DNA of 64,000 nt from Oscillospiraceae bacterium (GCA_017439555.1 JAFSIZ010000062.1:19010-83009), one strand, 5' to 3'; positions 29,394 through 38,945 are shown, numbered from the stretch's first letter. Program-made: numbers and translations. Notes: generated from the sequence alone by a model not told the origin.

Positions 29394-30143
29394 ATGGCAC
29401 GAAGAAGCGCTGCAGGGCTTACAATGTTTGTCCTCAAAATCATCGCTATTCTCTCTATGCTTGCCTGCCACGTATTGATAGTATTCGAAAATCATTTCCC
29501 TCAATATATGCAGATGAGCCTCTATTATATCGGAAGAATTGCATTTCCGATTTTTGCATTTTCCATCGCAAACGGATGGCGCCATACAGGCAACCGCCTT
29601 CTCTATGTCCTGAGAATTCTCGCAATGGCGATTTTGGCTCAGATTCCGTTTGCAATAGCGCTCAAGGGCGTCGAATTCACAAACATATATAAAACCTTTT
29701 TCAGCGCAAACCTCAATATCGGATTCACTTTTCTTCTTGCGGCATTATGTCTCCTGATATATGATCTGCTCCGAAAGTCAGAATTTCCGATGCTGATTGC
29801 GCTCGCCTGCGCTATTCTGCCTGCGCTCGCATTTGAGTTTTTCACGCCGTTCCACGTCGATTACGGCTATCGCGGAGTCGCGCTTATTCTTGTTATGTAT
29901 GCGACAATGAACGATATGGGTATGCAGTTCCTGTCCTCTGCCGGTATCCTCGCTTGGATGAGCGCGACCTATAGCCGCTTTTCCGTCACGATCCTTCTGG
30001 ACACGTGGCTTGCATATCTTGCATCGCTCATATTGATTATGCTGTATAACGGAAAGCTTGGCGCGCGCGCAAAATATCTGTTCTACATATTCTATCCGTT
30101 GCATATGATAATTCTCTATCTTCTGAAAGTATATGTATTCTGA
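29394..30143 (+). CDS. TraX-family membrane protein (putative acyltransferase-like)
   Basis: A polytopic membrane protein whose N-terminus LKIIAILSMLACHV is typical of TraX-family proteins. There is no conjugation context. Confidence 0.7.
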   Translation: MARRSAAGLTMFVLKIIAILSMLACHVLIVFENHFPQYMQMSLYYIGRIAFPIFAFSIANGWRHTGNRLLYVLRILAMAILAQIPFAIALKGVEFTNIYKTFFSANLNIGFTFLLAALCLLIYDLLRKSEFPMLIALACAILPALAFEFFTPFHVDYGYRGVALILVMYATMNDMGMQFLSSAGILAWMSATYSRFSVTILLDTWLAYLASLILIMLYNGKLGARAKYLFYIFYPLHMIILYLLKVYVF

Positions 30144-30149
30144 CACAGC

Positions 30150-30183
30150 AAAACCCCGAAGCTCTTAAAGCTTCGGGGTTTTC
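30150..30183. terminator. Bidirectional rho-independent terminator
   Basis: Hairpin CCCCGAAGCT-cttaa-AGCTTCGGGG flanked by AAAA and TTTT. Confidence 0.85.
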
Positions 30184-30194
30184 TCTTATTATGA

Positions 30195-31412
30195 TCAGAG
30201 CTCTTCGATTGCGCGGCTCATACGCTGGAGAACTTCATCGAGGTCCTCTCTCTTATGGCTGAAATTGACATATGCCGCGTTATAGAATGATACTCCGTTG
30301 CGATATGCAGCAGAGAAGAAACGCTTATGCATATCAGCCGGTGCATCTGCCTGCATTGTAACCTGTTTTATCGGCGCAACGCCTGTCATACGTACGGGGA
30401 TATCCTTTGCGATGAGCATATCATTAAGCTTATCCCACGCATATGTGGCCTGTTCCCAGATATGACCTATAACATTATGCTTTGCGTGTACCTGCATAAC
30501 TGCGCGGCAGGCCGCGAGAGAAAGGGTTTCTCCGCCATAGGTCGAGGAGATCGAGAAGCCGGGCTTTTTGCAGGTCTGCATAATTTCTTTTGAACCTGCA
30601 TAAATGGAAAGAGGCATACCGTTTGCAATTCCTTTTGCATATACACAGAGATCGGGCTTGAATCCGAAATATTCCTGAACACCGCCGAGCGCTACGCGGA
30701 AACCTGTTACGATTTCATCAAGGATGAGGAGCGAGTTGTGTTTCTTTGTAAATTCGCGCAGCCACGGATAGAAGGTTTCGCCCTTTTCAAACTCGCTGTA
30801 GCTTGCAGCAACGATGATTGCGGCAATATCATCGTTATATTCGCTGAATATTCTTTCGATAGCTGCCGTATCGTTCCATGCTACAGGATGATAAAGCGCA
30901 CTTACCTGAGCAGGAACACCGGGCTTTTCCATAGATGTCTGATTCGGAAGAATTTTCGCACCGACACCAAGTGTGTTGAGCCAACCGTTATAGCCTATCT
31001 GGATAATATGATTCTTGCCTGTATATGCGCGTGCAATGTAAATTGTTGCAGCGCAGGCTTCACCGCCGGTTTTGAGGAACTTTGCCTGCTCTGCGCAAGG
31101 AACGCGCTCACAGAACATCTCGCTGACCTCAGCCTCAAGCGCTGTCGGATGGCCGAAGATTATGCCGTTTTCGAGCTGCGCCTTGATAGCCTCGTCAACA
31201 TCGGGATAGCAATAACCGAGCGTTACCGGGCCAAGGCTGTTGCGGAAATCTATAAACTCTCTGCCCTTATCGTCCCATACGCGGCAGCCCTTGCCGCGGA
31301 CAATGATTTCCGGCTCGTCCGGAATATAAACGGGGTTTTTGGATGTTGTGCTGGAGCCGTGTGGCATCGTAGCGTGAAGGCGCTCATGCCAGCTTTTATT
31401 CTGATTGGACAT
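30195..31412 (-). CDS. Class III PLP-dependent aminotransferase (glutamate-1-semialdehyde aminomutase-like fold)
   Basis: 405 aa. Class III blocks LILDEIVTGFR and YAKGIANGMP (the PLP lysine). The substrate is unknown. Confidence 0.8.
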   Translation of the reverse strand: MSNQNKSWHERLHATMPHGSSTTSKNPVYIPDEPEIIVRGKGCRVWDDKGREFIDFRNSLGPVTLGYCYPDVDEAIKAQLENGIIFGHPTALEAEVSEMFCERVPCAEQAKFLKTGGEACAATIYIARAYTGKNHIIQIGYNGWLNTLGVGAKILPNQTSMEKPGVPAQVSALYHPVAWNDTAAIERIFSEYNDDIAAIIVAASYSEFEKGETFYPWLREFTKKHNSLLILDEIVTGFRVALGGVQEYFGFKPDLCVYAKGIANGMPLSIYAGSKEIMQTCKKPGFSISSTYGGETLSLAACRAVMQVHAKHNVIGHIWEQATYAWDKLNDMLIAKDIPVRMTGVAPIKQVTMQADAPADMHKRFFSAAYRNGVSFYNAAYVNFSHKREDLDEVLQRMSRAIEEL

Positions 31413-31534
31413 TGATATGTACCTCCTGACAAACTCTTTTTAGGTTTATGCAAGACAATTCTATCACACATACCCGAAATATTCAATGTGTATTTTTGCG
31501 CTATTGTTGTACATTTTTGCGACTTTGCTCATTA

Positions 31535-31572
31535 CACAAAAAGGAGATGCAAAAAAATCGCATCTCCTTTTG
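31535..31572 (-). terminator. Rho-independent terminator after the Cys-rich acidic protein gene
   Basis: Hairpin AAAGGAGATGC...GCATCTCCTTT, with a T-run on the minus strand. Confidence 0.75.
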
Positions 31573-31586
31573 GGTTTTGTTTAGTT

Positions 31587-32021
31587 TTATTCTTCGCAAT
31601 CGCAGTCTTCGCCGCAGCAACACTCTTCCATATCGAATTCGAGATCTTCGCCGCAACCGGGACACTGGATTTTGCCAAGCGCGAGAATGTCCTCGTCCAC
31701 CATAATTGAATCGCCACAGGTCGGGCATACAACTTCATAATGGAATCCTGCACATTCACAGTCCTCGTCGCACTCACATTCCTCGTCTTCATCAAACTCA
31801 TCTTCATCGAATGCGCCCTCAAGCTCAAGAAGCTCTTCTGCAACCTCATCAAGCTCATCGCTCATTTCATCTGTAATCTGCTGAAGATCCGAAACGGCAT
31901 CTGCAAGCTCATCGATAACCTCAACCATAGCGAGAAGGAGCTTTCCTTCCTTTGTTGTAGTGTCGATTTCAAGCCCATCGCACAGGCCGCGGAGATACGC
32001 CGCTTTTTCAACTATGTTCAT
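31587..32021 (-). CDS. Highly acidic Cys-rich zinc-ribbon protein (CD1247 N-terminal-domain-like), function unknown
   Basis: 144 aa. An N-terminal helical part is followed by D/E-rich linkers, the CPTCG...CPGCG zinc-ribbon pairs, and extra CECDEDCEC and CCCGEDCDC clusters. The gene lies 20 nt downstream of efp. Confidence 0.6.
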   Translation of the reverse strand: MNIVEKAAYLRGLCDGLEIDTTTKEGKLLLAMVEVIDELADAVSDLQQITDEMSDELDEVAEELLELEGAFDEDEFDEDEECECDEDCECAGFHYEVVCPTCGDSIMVDEDILALGKIQCPGCGEDLEFDMEECCCGEDCDCEE

Positions 32022-32041
32022 AGAGCTGTCCTCCGGAAATC

Positions 32042-32602
32042 TTATTTTGCGCGCTCGAGATATTCACCTGTTCTTGTGTCTATCTTGATTCTGTCGCCGA
32101 TGTTGATGAAGAGCGGAACGCGAACTTCAGCACCTGTCTCGACAGTTGCCGGCTTTGTTACGTTAGTTGCTGTATCGCCCTTGAGGCCCGGCTCTGTCTC
32201 TGTGATTTCAAGCTCAACAAAGTTGGGCGGCTCAACGCTGAATACGTTGCCCTTAAAAGAAAGGAACTTGACAACCATGTTCTCTGTAACGAACTTGAAG
32301 CTTTCCGGAAGCTTGTCGCCGTTGATGGGCTCCTGCTCATATGTTTCTTCGTCCATGAAGTAATAGAGCTCGCCATCATTGTAGAGATACTGCATATCCT
32401 TGCGCTCTACGAATGCCGGCGGGAACTTATCTGTCGGGTTGAAAGATGTTTCAACAACAGCGCCTGTAACAACGTTACGATACTTTGTGCGAACGAAAGC
32501 CGCACCCTTACCTGGCTTAACATGCTGGAACTCGATAACCTGCATTACCTGTCCGTCCATTTCGAATGTTACACCGTTTCTGAATTCACCTGCAGAAATC
32601 AT
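32042..32602 (-). CDS. efp: Translation elongation factor P
   Basis: 186 aa, with [17 protein letters not shown] containing the conserved modified Lys loop. Confidence 0.95.
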   Translation of the reverse strand: MISAGEFRNGVTFEMDGQVMQVIEFQHVKPGKGAAFVRTKYRNVVTGAVVETSFNPTDKFPPAFVERKDMQYLYNDGELYYFMDEETYEQEPINGDKLPESFKFVTENMVVKFLSFKGNVFSVEPPNFVELEITETEPGLKGDTATNVTKPATVETGAEVRVPLFINIGDRIKIDTRTGEYLERAK

Positions 32603-32690
32603 TTGAATTTTCCTCCAATTTCCTTATTAAAATCTTTTTCTATTTTACCCTATATTGCTCCATTTTGCAAGTAAAACTTTGCAAAAAACC

Positions 32691-33122
32691 TTATATTTCA
32701 CACAAAACCCTGACACCAAGGGGGTACACCTGCTTTCCGAAGCCGCAAATCATACCTTTGCACACTGCGGAAATAACGGAATTATGGCGAAATTCCTCTC
32801 TTGCATGAATATTGCTGAGATGAACCTCAACACACGGAATCCTGATTGACGAGATGGCATCGCGGATGGCTATGCTGTAGTGTGAATATGCGCCGGCGTT
32901 TATCACGATGCCGTCATAGCTCTCATCATATGCGCGATAGAGCATATCAATTATCTCGCCCTCGTGGTTTGACTGGAACGCAGATATTTCGACATTGAGA
33001 GAAGCGCATTCGCGTTTTGTATATTCAATTATATCACAAAGCGTGTCGCTGCCATATATCTCGGGTTCACGTCGGCCGAGAAAATTGAGGTTTGGTCCGT
33101 TTACTATAAGTATTTTTTTCAT
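32691..33122 (-). CDS. aroQ: Type II 3-dehydroquinate dehydratase
   Basis: 143 aa, with MKKILIVNGPNLNFLGRREPEIYG, HEGE and HLSNIHAREEFRH. Confidence 0.9.
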   Translation of the reverse strand: MKKILIVNGPNLNFLGRREPEIYGSDTLCDIIEYTKRECASLNVEISAFQSNHEGEIIDMLYRAYDESYDGIVINAGAYSHYSIAIRDAISSIRIPCVEVHLSNIHAREEFRHNSVISAVCKGMICGFGKQVYPLGVRVLCEI

Positions 33123-33562
33123 TATTCAAACATCCTCCTTTTTCCGAGCGGCGGAACCTTTATCGCAAGTATGCCGCTGCGCTTTGCCCCGATTATATCC
33201 GTGACTATCTTGTCGCCTATGAGCGCTGTCGTCTCTTTCGTTCCGCCAAGCTCCTGCATCGCTTTTCTTATGGTTTTGCGGCTCGGCTTTCCGCTCTTCC
33301 AGAAATGCACGATACCAAGCGGCTTACAGAATTTCTCAACACGTTCACGGCAATTGTTTGAGACTATCGCGAGAGATACCCCGTGAGCCGCGAGATCCTC
33401 CGCCCATTTGCAGACATCGTCATTCGGGGTCTCGTGTTCATATTTGGCGATTGTGTTGTCTAGGTCGGCAATCAGAACCGTGACATTCATCGCCTCCAAA
33501 AGCTCACCCGTGAGCTCATATATATTATTCAGTTTTATATCCGGTCTTAACAGATGCAGCAT
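33122..33562 (-). CDS. YqeG-family HAD-IIIA phosphatase
   Basis: HAD motifs ADLDNT, IVSNN and GDKIVTDIIG. Start at ATG 33562, 7 nt after GGAGG. There is a 1-nt TAATG overlap with aroQ. Confidence 0.8.
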   Translation of the reverse strand: MLHLLRPDIKLNNIYELTGELLEAMNVTVLIADLDNTIAKYEHETPNDDVCKWAEDLAAHGVSLAIVSNNCRERVEKFCKPLGIVHFWKSGKPSRKTIRKAMQELGGTKETTALIGDKIVTDIIGAKRSGILAIKVPPLGKRRMFE

Positions 33563-33647
33563 TACGGCACCTCCGCATATTGCTGTTTTCATTTTAATAT
33601 ATTACAGTATAGCACACAACACGGTTTTCGGCAAGGGAGATGTTTAT

Positions 33648-34382
33648 ATGGACATATATGTGATATACTCTGCAGACGAATATATGACAACGCATCGGCG
33701 CACACAATGCGCCTTTCTCTCATATATCGCACGCCGCAATACGCTTCTTTCGGAAAAGCTTCCCGAAGATGCACGCGGAGGAATGATGATCGTAGCATCA
33801 AACGACATCGGCGAACACATCGCGCCCGTTATATATGACGAATGCAGAAAAAGGCGATACAGCGCCGTATTTCTTGATGCCGATGAAGACGCAGCCGACG
33901 TTGGTAATGCGCTTGGCGAGGTTTCCGCCTCTCTTTCGCGGCGCGGCCTGACTGTGTTTTGCCCGATTTCGTTTGCCGATTTCTGTGAAAGCGCAATCCC
34001 CGTCGCCGAAGCCGCGGTCTCGGGAGGAGAGCTCGAGGAGCACATATCACTCCTCACGCGGAGAAACAGGCAGCTCGCGCTCTCAATACCGCGCATCTGT
34101 GCAAAAATCAAAATGCCTATGACCGATAATTCCACAACTGCGATTTCACGTCGCGAAGCAGAAGCGCTGGCAGACAGATATGATGCCTCGCCACACTTCT
34201 CACCACAGCTTGTTACGAATTATTTTCTCTATTCTCCCGCTCCGCACGAATGCAGCTATGTGCTGTTTGACGATTCGCGCAGCATATCCCAAAAACTGCG
34301 CCTTGCAAAGCATCTCGGGGTATCGTCCGTTTTTCTGACCTATCGGGAAATAGCGGACATTGCCCGAGAAATCGCATTTTAA
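33648..34382 (+). CDS. Hypothetical protein
   Basis: 244 aa from ATG 33648, after AGGGAGA. The C-terminal part (YVLFDDSRSISQKLRLAKHLGVSSVFL) vaguely resembles the end of a GH18-type TIM barrel, but this is not verified. The 3-prime end overlaps rqcH convergently by 4 nt. Confidence 0.5.
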   Translation: MDIYVIYSADEYMTTHRRTQCAFLSYIARRNTLLSEKLPEDARGGMMIVASNDIGEHIAPVIYDECRKRRYSAVFLDADEDAADVGNALGEVSASLSRRGLTVFCPISFADFCESAIPVAEAAVSGGELEEHISLLTRRNRQLALSIPRICAKIKMPMTDNSTTAISRREAEALADRYDASPHFSPQLVTNYFLYSPAPHECSYVLFDDSRSISQKLRLAKHLGVSSVFLTYREIADIAREIAF

Positions 34383-36130
34383 TCCTTTTGCATAAGGCGC
34401 GTGCAAAGCTCTTCGTCGGGCGTTACATACGCCGTGTAGTAATTTGTGTAGATAACCCTACCCGGGGCTGCCCCCTGAGGTTTCTTGACATAGCGCACCT
34501 GTGTGTAATCCACAGGTACATTGACAGATTCCTTTGCCCTTGAATAGAACGCCGCAATCATTGCTGCCTCGGTTATCGTCCTGTCCGGAAGCTCCTGACC
34601 TGCACACTCCACTATCACGTGAGAACCCGGTATATTTTTCGTATGCAGCCATAAATCGCCCTTCATTGCGCTTTTTAAAGTAAGCGCATCATTCTGCTTG
34701 TTGTTGCGACCTGCATATATTACAAAGCCATCGCTTGATTTGAAACGGTATGGACGAAGCGCATTTTTCTTTGCGCTGCGCTTTTCTCCGCCTCTGCTTA
34801 TATATCCCATTTCAGCGAGCTCCTCACGGATTTCCGAGAGGTCCGTCTCGCATTCGGCTTTTTCTATGCTCTCAAGCACGCTTTCAAGATATATAACCTC
34901 TTCCTCGCCTGACGCTATCTGACCGATAATATATTTTTCCGCGTTTTTCATTCGCCTGTATTCTCGGAACAGCTTTTCTGAATTTTCCTGCGGAGTAAGC
35001 CTCGAATCGAGCTTTATCGTTATCTCCTCACAGTCTTTGAAATAGTTTTGAGCAACAAAAGAGGTCATCCCCTTTTCAAGGCGATAGATGTTTGCGGAGA
35101 TAAGCTCAGCACGCTCGCGAAGCTCATCGCGGTTCTGCGATTTTTTAAGTTCTTCGCGCTGAAGCGCAAGCTTTCGCTCAGTTCTTGACAGTGCAGTCTT
35201 TACAACCTGCAGAATGCTCTGGGAGCGCTGGCGCATATTTTCACGCACCTCGCGCACTTCAAAGAACTCTGCAAGTGTGTCGGAAAGGCTTTCCGTCCCG
35301 ACAGCCTTCATATGCGACTCATATTGTGTTATCGGAAAGAACGAAAATTCAAACGGATGCTTTCCGTCAAACACGATGCACGGCATATGACTCTCATTCA
35401 TAATATCATATATTGCCGATGCCATACGCTCGCGTTGCTCCATATCAAGCTCTGACATATGAAGCGACAGGTCTCCACTCGCGCGATAGGCAATTTCGCG
35501 GCAGACAAGCGGCGAAAAGCCCATAAACGTCGATATAATCCATTTATCACAAAGTATTTCTTCGGTTTCATTGCATATTATATCAAAAAGCTCGGCTCGC
35601 GAATATCCGCTTGGGTCGAGCTTTTCCTGTTTTGGCGGAAGCGTATAGAAAAGCCCGGGAAGCACCTGACGCTTTTCACTCATATCGAGATCAACACGCT
35701 TTAAACATTCTATCACGCGATCTGAATCATCGCGGAGGATTATGTTTGAATGCCGCCCCATAATCTCACACGTAAGCGTGCGCGTTGAGGGGACTCCCAT
35801 CTCATCATTGACCTCCATCTTTATGTCGATGATTCTCTCCATATGCGGTGCAGTAACGGATGTTATACGTCCGTTTGTCAGATGCTTGCGAAGGAGCATA
35901 CAGAACATAGGCGCACTTGCCGGATTTTCGCGTGTACGCGAGGACAGATGCACCCTCGGAAAGCTCGCGTTTGCCGAAAGGACGAGCCTCTTCCCCTTAA
36001 CGAGAGGAGATCGCAGCGCAATGACGATATCATCGCGTTGCGGCTGATGTATTTTATCTATTCTTGCTCCTGTGAGCAGCCCATCAAGCTCACGGGCAAG
36101 TGCTGAAATATAGCTTGCATCAAGCGCCAT
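34379..36130 (-). CDS. rqcH: Ribosome quality control protein RqcH (NFACT family; often annotated as fibronectin-binding protein A)
   Basis: 583 aa. The N-terminus is NFACT-N (ISALARELDGLLTGARIDKIHQP), followed by a coiled-coil middle region and NFACT-R (DLWLHTKNIPGSHVIV). Confidence 0.85.
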   Translation of the reverse strand: MALDASYISALARELDGLLTGARIDKIHQPQRDDIVIALRSPLVKGKRLVLSANASFPRVHLSSRTRENPASAPMFCMLLRKHLTNGRITSVTAPHMERIIDIKMEVNDEMGVPSTRTLTCEIMGRHSNIILRDDSDRVIECLKRVDLDMSEKRQVLPGLFYTLPPKQEKLDPSGYSRAELFDIICNETEEILCDKWIISTFMGFSPLVCREIAYRASGDLSLHMSELDMEQRERMASAIYDIMNESHMPCIVFDGKHPFEFSFFPITQYESHMKAVGTESLSDTLAEFFEVREVRENMRQRSQSILQVVKTALSRTERKLALQREELKKSQNRDELRERAELISANIYRLEKGMTSFVAQNYFKDCEEITIKLDSRLTPQENSEKLFREYRRMKNAEKYIIGQIASGEEEVIYLESVLESIEKAECETDLSEIREELAEMGYISRGGEKRSAKKNALRPYRFKSSDGFVIYAGRNNKQNDALTLKSAMKGDLWLHTKNIPGSHVIVECAGQELPDRTITEAAMIAAFYSRAKESVNVPVDYTQVRYVKKPQGAAPGRVIYTNYYTAYVTPDEELCTRLMQKD

Positions 36131-36142
36131 ATAAACCGACTC

Positions 36143-36931
36143 CTAAACTGTAAAAAACTGTGTGCAATCCCTGTCAGACTCCGCGATTTTCACGGAAAGC
36201 TCAGGGAATCCTTCTGATATTATTTTGCATATCCCGGGACATACGATATCCTCTGTTGCAAAATGTCCTGCATCAATCGCATTTATACCGAGCTCACGCG
36301 CCTCTAAAAACTGATTATGTTTTATATCTGCAGTTACGACAGTGTCGCAGCCGATAGCTTCTGCAAGCGCGATATAATCGCCGCAGGAACCGCCGCCGAC
36401 AGCAACTTTACTGACCTTGACGCCTGCATCGTGATATTTCACACCGCCGGTTCCAAGAGCCTTACATATAAGCGGCAGAAAATCAGACAGCGCAATCTCT
36501 TTTCCGATGCGCCCATATCGCCCACCGCCGACACAGCCGTCTTCCTTCGGCTCAACAACGCCCTCAATCTCAATACCGAGAGACGCCGCCAGAACATCGT
36601 TCACTCCGCCTGCCGCACTGTCGAGATTCGTGTGCATACAGATTGCGGAAATTCCGTTTTCTATAAGCTTTAAAAGAAGCGATCCGATGACGTCTTCATC
36701 GGTAATGCTCTTTCTTGCTGAAAATATTATAGGATGATGGGAAACAATAAGCTCTGCACCCTCGCGCACAGCTTCATCAATCACAGCTCCGGTTATGTCG
36801 AGCGCAACGAGAATCTTTCTGACCTCGCCGTCTTTTTTCCCGACTATGAAACCGACATTGTCATAGCTCTCGGCAAGGCGGCAAGGCGCTGCAGCATCAA
36901 GAATATTTAATATATCAACTACTTTCGTCAT
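36143..36931 (-). CDS. Nif3-like dinuclear metal centre protein (YqfO/GTP cyclohydrolase 1 type 2 family)
   Basis: 262 aa, with VSHHPIIF and HTNLD motifs. It overlaps trmK by 4 nt, the conserved trmK-nif3 pairing. Confidence 0.85.
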   Translation of the reverse strand: MTKVVDILNILDAAAPCRLAESYDNVGFIVGKKDGEVRKILVALDITGAVIDEAVREGAELIVSHHPIIFSARKSITDEDVIGSLLLKLIENGISAICMHTNLDSAAGGVNDVLAASLGIEIEGVVEPKEDGCVGGGRYGRIGKEIALSDFLPLICKALGTGGVKYHDAGVKVSKVAVGGGSCGDYIALAEAIGCDTVVTADIKHNQFLEARELGINAIDAGHFATEDIVCPGICKIISEGFPELSVKIAESDRDCTQFFTV

Positions 36932-37614
36932 ATCGTTCTCCTCATTTTCGAAAGGGATGCAATAAGCATCTCACTTTTCTCTTTTTCTTCATCCGAAAGG
37001 GCGCCTGCTCCACACTTTCTCTCATATTCATAAGCAAGCCTTGCAATTATCTTATCCATATATTCATCAGCATTAGGCGAGCTAAGTCCTGCGCGGCTTA
37101 TGTATTTTTCAAACGGCTCATATCCTGCTCCTCCGCAATGCTTTGCAATTATGACGCAATAGAGGTGCCCGTTCTCCGAGACGAATTTTTCATCCGTTAT
37201 CCCAAAGCCCTCATTATAGAGATATTCGCGCAGAAGCTCTGTTTTTGTCATTGGCTGCAGCACAAGCGTGCAATCCTCTTTAGTCCATTCCGCGCGCGAA
37301 ATTATGTCCATAATCGTCTCGCCGCCCATCCCGGCTATGACAACGCAGTCATGGTGCTCAATTCCGTCAAGTCCGTTTGTCAGAACGGTTTTTATTTTCC
37401 CCGTCAGCCGCGCCGCAGCAATTTCCTTCTCTGCATTATCGAGCGGACCGCGGTTTATATCGCTCGCCGTTATCCTCTCTGCTATCCCATTTCTTGCCGC
37501 ATATATCGACACATAGCCGTGATCGCAGCCGCAATCAACAAGCGTTCTGCATTCCGGTATTGACTCCGCAACACAAAGAAGCCTTGAACCAATCGATTTT
37601 TCCAAGCCGCACAT
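36928..37614 (-). CDS. trmK: tRNA (adenine(22)-N(1))-methyltransferase
   Basis: 228 aa, with DCGCDHGYVSIY and AGMGGE motifs as in TrmK/YqfN. Confidence 0.8.
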   Translation of the reverse strand: MCGLEKSIGSRLLCVAESIPECRTLVDCGCDHGYVSIYAARNGIAERITASDINRGPLDNAEKEIAAARLTGKIKTVLTNGLDGIEHHDCVVIAGMGGETIMDIISRAEWTKEDCTLVLQPMTKTELLREYLYNEGFGITDEKFVSENGHLYCVIIAKHCGGAGYEPFEKYISRAGLSSPNADEYMDKIIARLAYEYERKCGAGALSDEEKEKSEMLIASLSKMRRTI

Positions 37615-37624
37615 CTCCTTATAT

Positions 37625-37652
37625 ATGAAAAGTGCGCGTCAAGCGACGCGCA
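37625..37652 (-). terminator. Probable terminator after the DUF1858 gene
   Basis: Hairpin TGCGCGTC-(4 nt)-GACGCGCA followed on the minus strand by CTTTTC. The T-tail is modest. Confidence 0.5.
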
Positions 37653-37668
37653 GATTTTCGTGTCTTAA

Positions 37669-37872
37669 TTACTTATTCTCGAGATGGTTGTTGAGCTTTT
37701 CGAGAAGCTCGTCAACATCAACACCATGAACTGCACAAGCCTGCTCAAGAGTTTCGCCTCTTGCAGACGGGCAACCGAGGCAATGCATACCGATTTCAAA
37801 GAAATACGGTGCGCAGGTTACGTCGATATCGAGAATATCACCGATGATGGTGTCCTTTGTAATCTGTGCCAT
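37669..37872 (-). CDS. DUF1858 domain protein (hybrid-cluster-protein-associated redox disulfide type)
   Basis: 67 aa, with ITKDTIIGDIL and the CLGCP motif. Confidence 0.8.
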   Translation of the reverse strand: MAQITKDTIIGDILDIDVTCAPYFFEIGMHCLGCPSARGETLEQACAVHGVDVDELLEKLNNHLENK

Positions 37873-37905
37873 TGGGAATCATCCTTTCGCATTTGATATA
37901 TACTT

Positions 37906-37934
37906 ATTATATATCCCTTATGCATATTTTTCAA
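37906..37934 (-). promoter_or_regulatory. Candidate promoter for the DUF1858 gene
   Basis: On the minus strand: TTGAAA (37934-37929), a 17-nt spacer, then TATAAT (37911-37906). The -35 overlaps the stop codon of the upstream gene. Confidence 0.45.
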
Positions 37935-38617
37935 GTGGATTTTTCATTTTTCTTCCCGATCTCCTTATGCAAAAACTCGAGCGCATCCGCAAGCGTGCCG
38001 ACACGGTCAATCAGCCCGATATCGACAGCCTCCTTACCATAGATAACTGTGCCGACATCTGTCGCAAGCTCACCGACCTTGAGCATATATTCGCGGAATT
38101 TGTCTGCAGATATGCCTGAATTGCGCTCAACAAAGCTCGTTATACGATCCTGCACGCGCTCAAAATAGTTGAACGTCTGCGGAGCACCGACAACAACTCC
38201 GCTCATCCGTACGGGATGAATCGTTATCGCCGCCGTTTCTGCGATTATCGAATGCTTCGCCGCAACAGCGAGGGGCACACCTATTGAATGACCGCCACCG
38301 AGGATAAGCGAAGCCGTCGGCTTTGTCATTCCGGCAATCAGCTCAGCTATTGCAAGGCCTGCCTCAATGTCACCGCCAACGGTATTGAGCATTATGAGGA
38401 GTCCGTCTATTTCCTCGCTTTCCTCAACTGCTGCAAGCGTCGGGCAGATGTGTTCATATTTTGTCGTCTTCGTGTCGCTTCCGAGCACCGTATGCCCTTC
38501 TATCTGGCCGATTATCGTTATACAATGAATTTTGCCGAAGCGACTTTGCGTCACCACCGAGCCGGTTTCGACTATTTCATCCCGTGTTTCCTTTTTGATA
38601 TCACTTTTATCCGACAT
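37931..38617 (-). CDS. ClpP-fold protease-like protein, TepA (translocation-enhancing protein) family
   Basis: 228 aa, with IIGQIEGH and LNTVGGDIEAGLAIAE...GGGHSIG blocks as in TepA/ClpP-like proteins. Confidence 0.7.
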   Translation of the reverse strand: MSDKSDIKKETRDEIVETGSVVTQSRFGKIHCITIIGQIEGHTVLGSDTKTTKYEHICPTLAAVEESEEIDGLLIMLNTVGGDIEAGLAIAELIAGMTKPTASLILGGGHSIGVPLAVAAKHSIIAETAAITIHPVRMSGVVVGAPQTFNYFERVQDRITSFVERNSGISADKFREYMLKVGELATDVGTVIYGKEAVDIGLIDRVGTLADALEFLHKEIGKKNEKST

Positions 38618-38759
38618 AGATTTTCCTCCGTAATGTTTCTTATGATAGCTTGTGCGGAAACAGTTGAAATAATACGGAAACGCAAGCTCTGAGCTTGCAA
38701 AGATTCTTCTGTTGTGTTAAAATTAAATTATATACAAAGAATAAAGGAGGTAATGCACA

Positions 38760-38945
38760 ATGCCAAAAAACAAATGGGCGGCTTTTTTCCTATGTCTTTT
38801 TGTCGGTCTGTTCGGCGCTCACAAATTCTACGAGGGCAAAATTCTCCTCGGCATACTCTATCTCTTTACCGCAGGTCTTTTCGGCATCGGAGTTGTTTTC
38901 GATCTCATCGTCCTCTTCTTCAAGCCGAATCCATATTATCCGTAA
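38760..38945 (+). CDS. TM2 domain-containing small membrane protein
   Basis: 61 aa, with GLFGAHKFYEGK and LFTAGLFGIG motifs of TM2 domains. An AAAGGAGG SD is upstream. Confidence 0.8.
   Translation: MPKNKWAAFFLCLFVGLFGAHKFYEGKILLGILYLFTAGLFGIGVVFDLIVLFFKPNPYYP

Noticed and set aside
29394-30143. TraX-family gene as a marker of a conjugative or mobile element
   Set aside because: It is flanked by uvrA and an aminotransferase. I see no relaxase, T4SS, integrase or repeat boundaries. Chromosomal TraX-like acyltransferase paralogs are common in Firmicutes.
34379-36130. 'Fibronectin-binding protein A' as an adhesin or virulence factor
   Set aside because: The NFACT-N and NFACT-R motifs identify it as the cytosolic ribosome quality control factor RqcH. 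There is no signal peptide or wall anchor.
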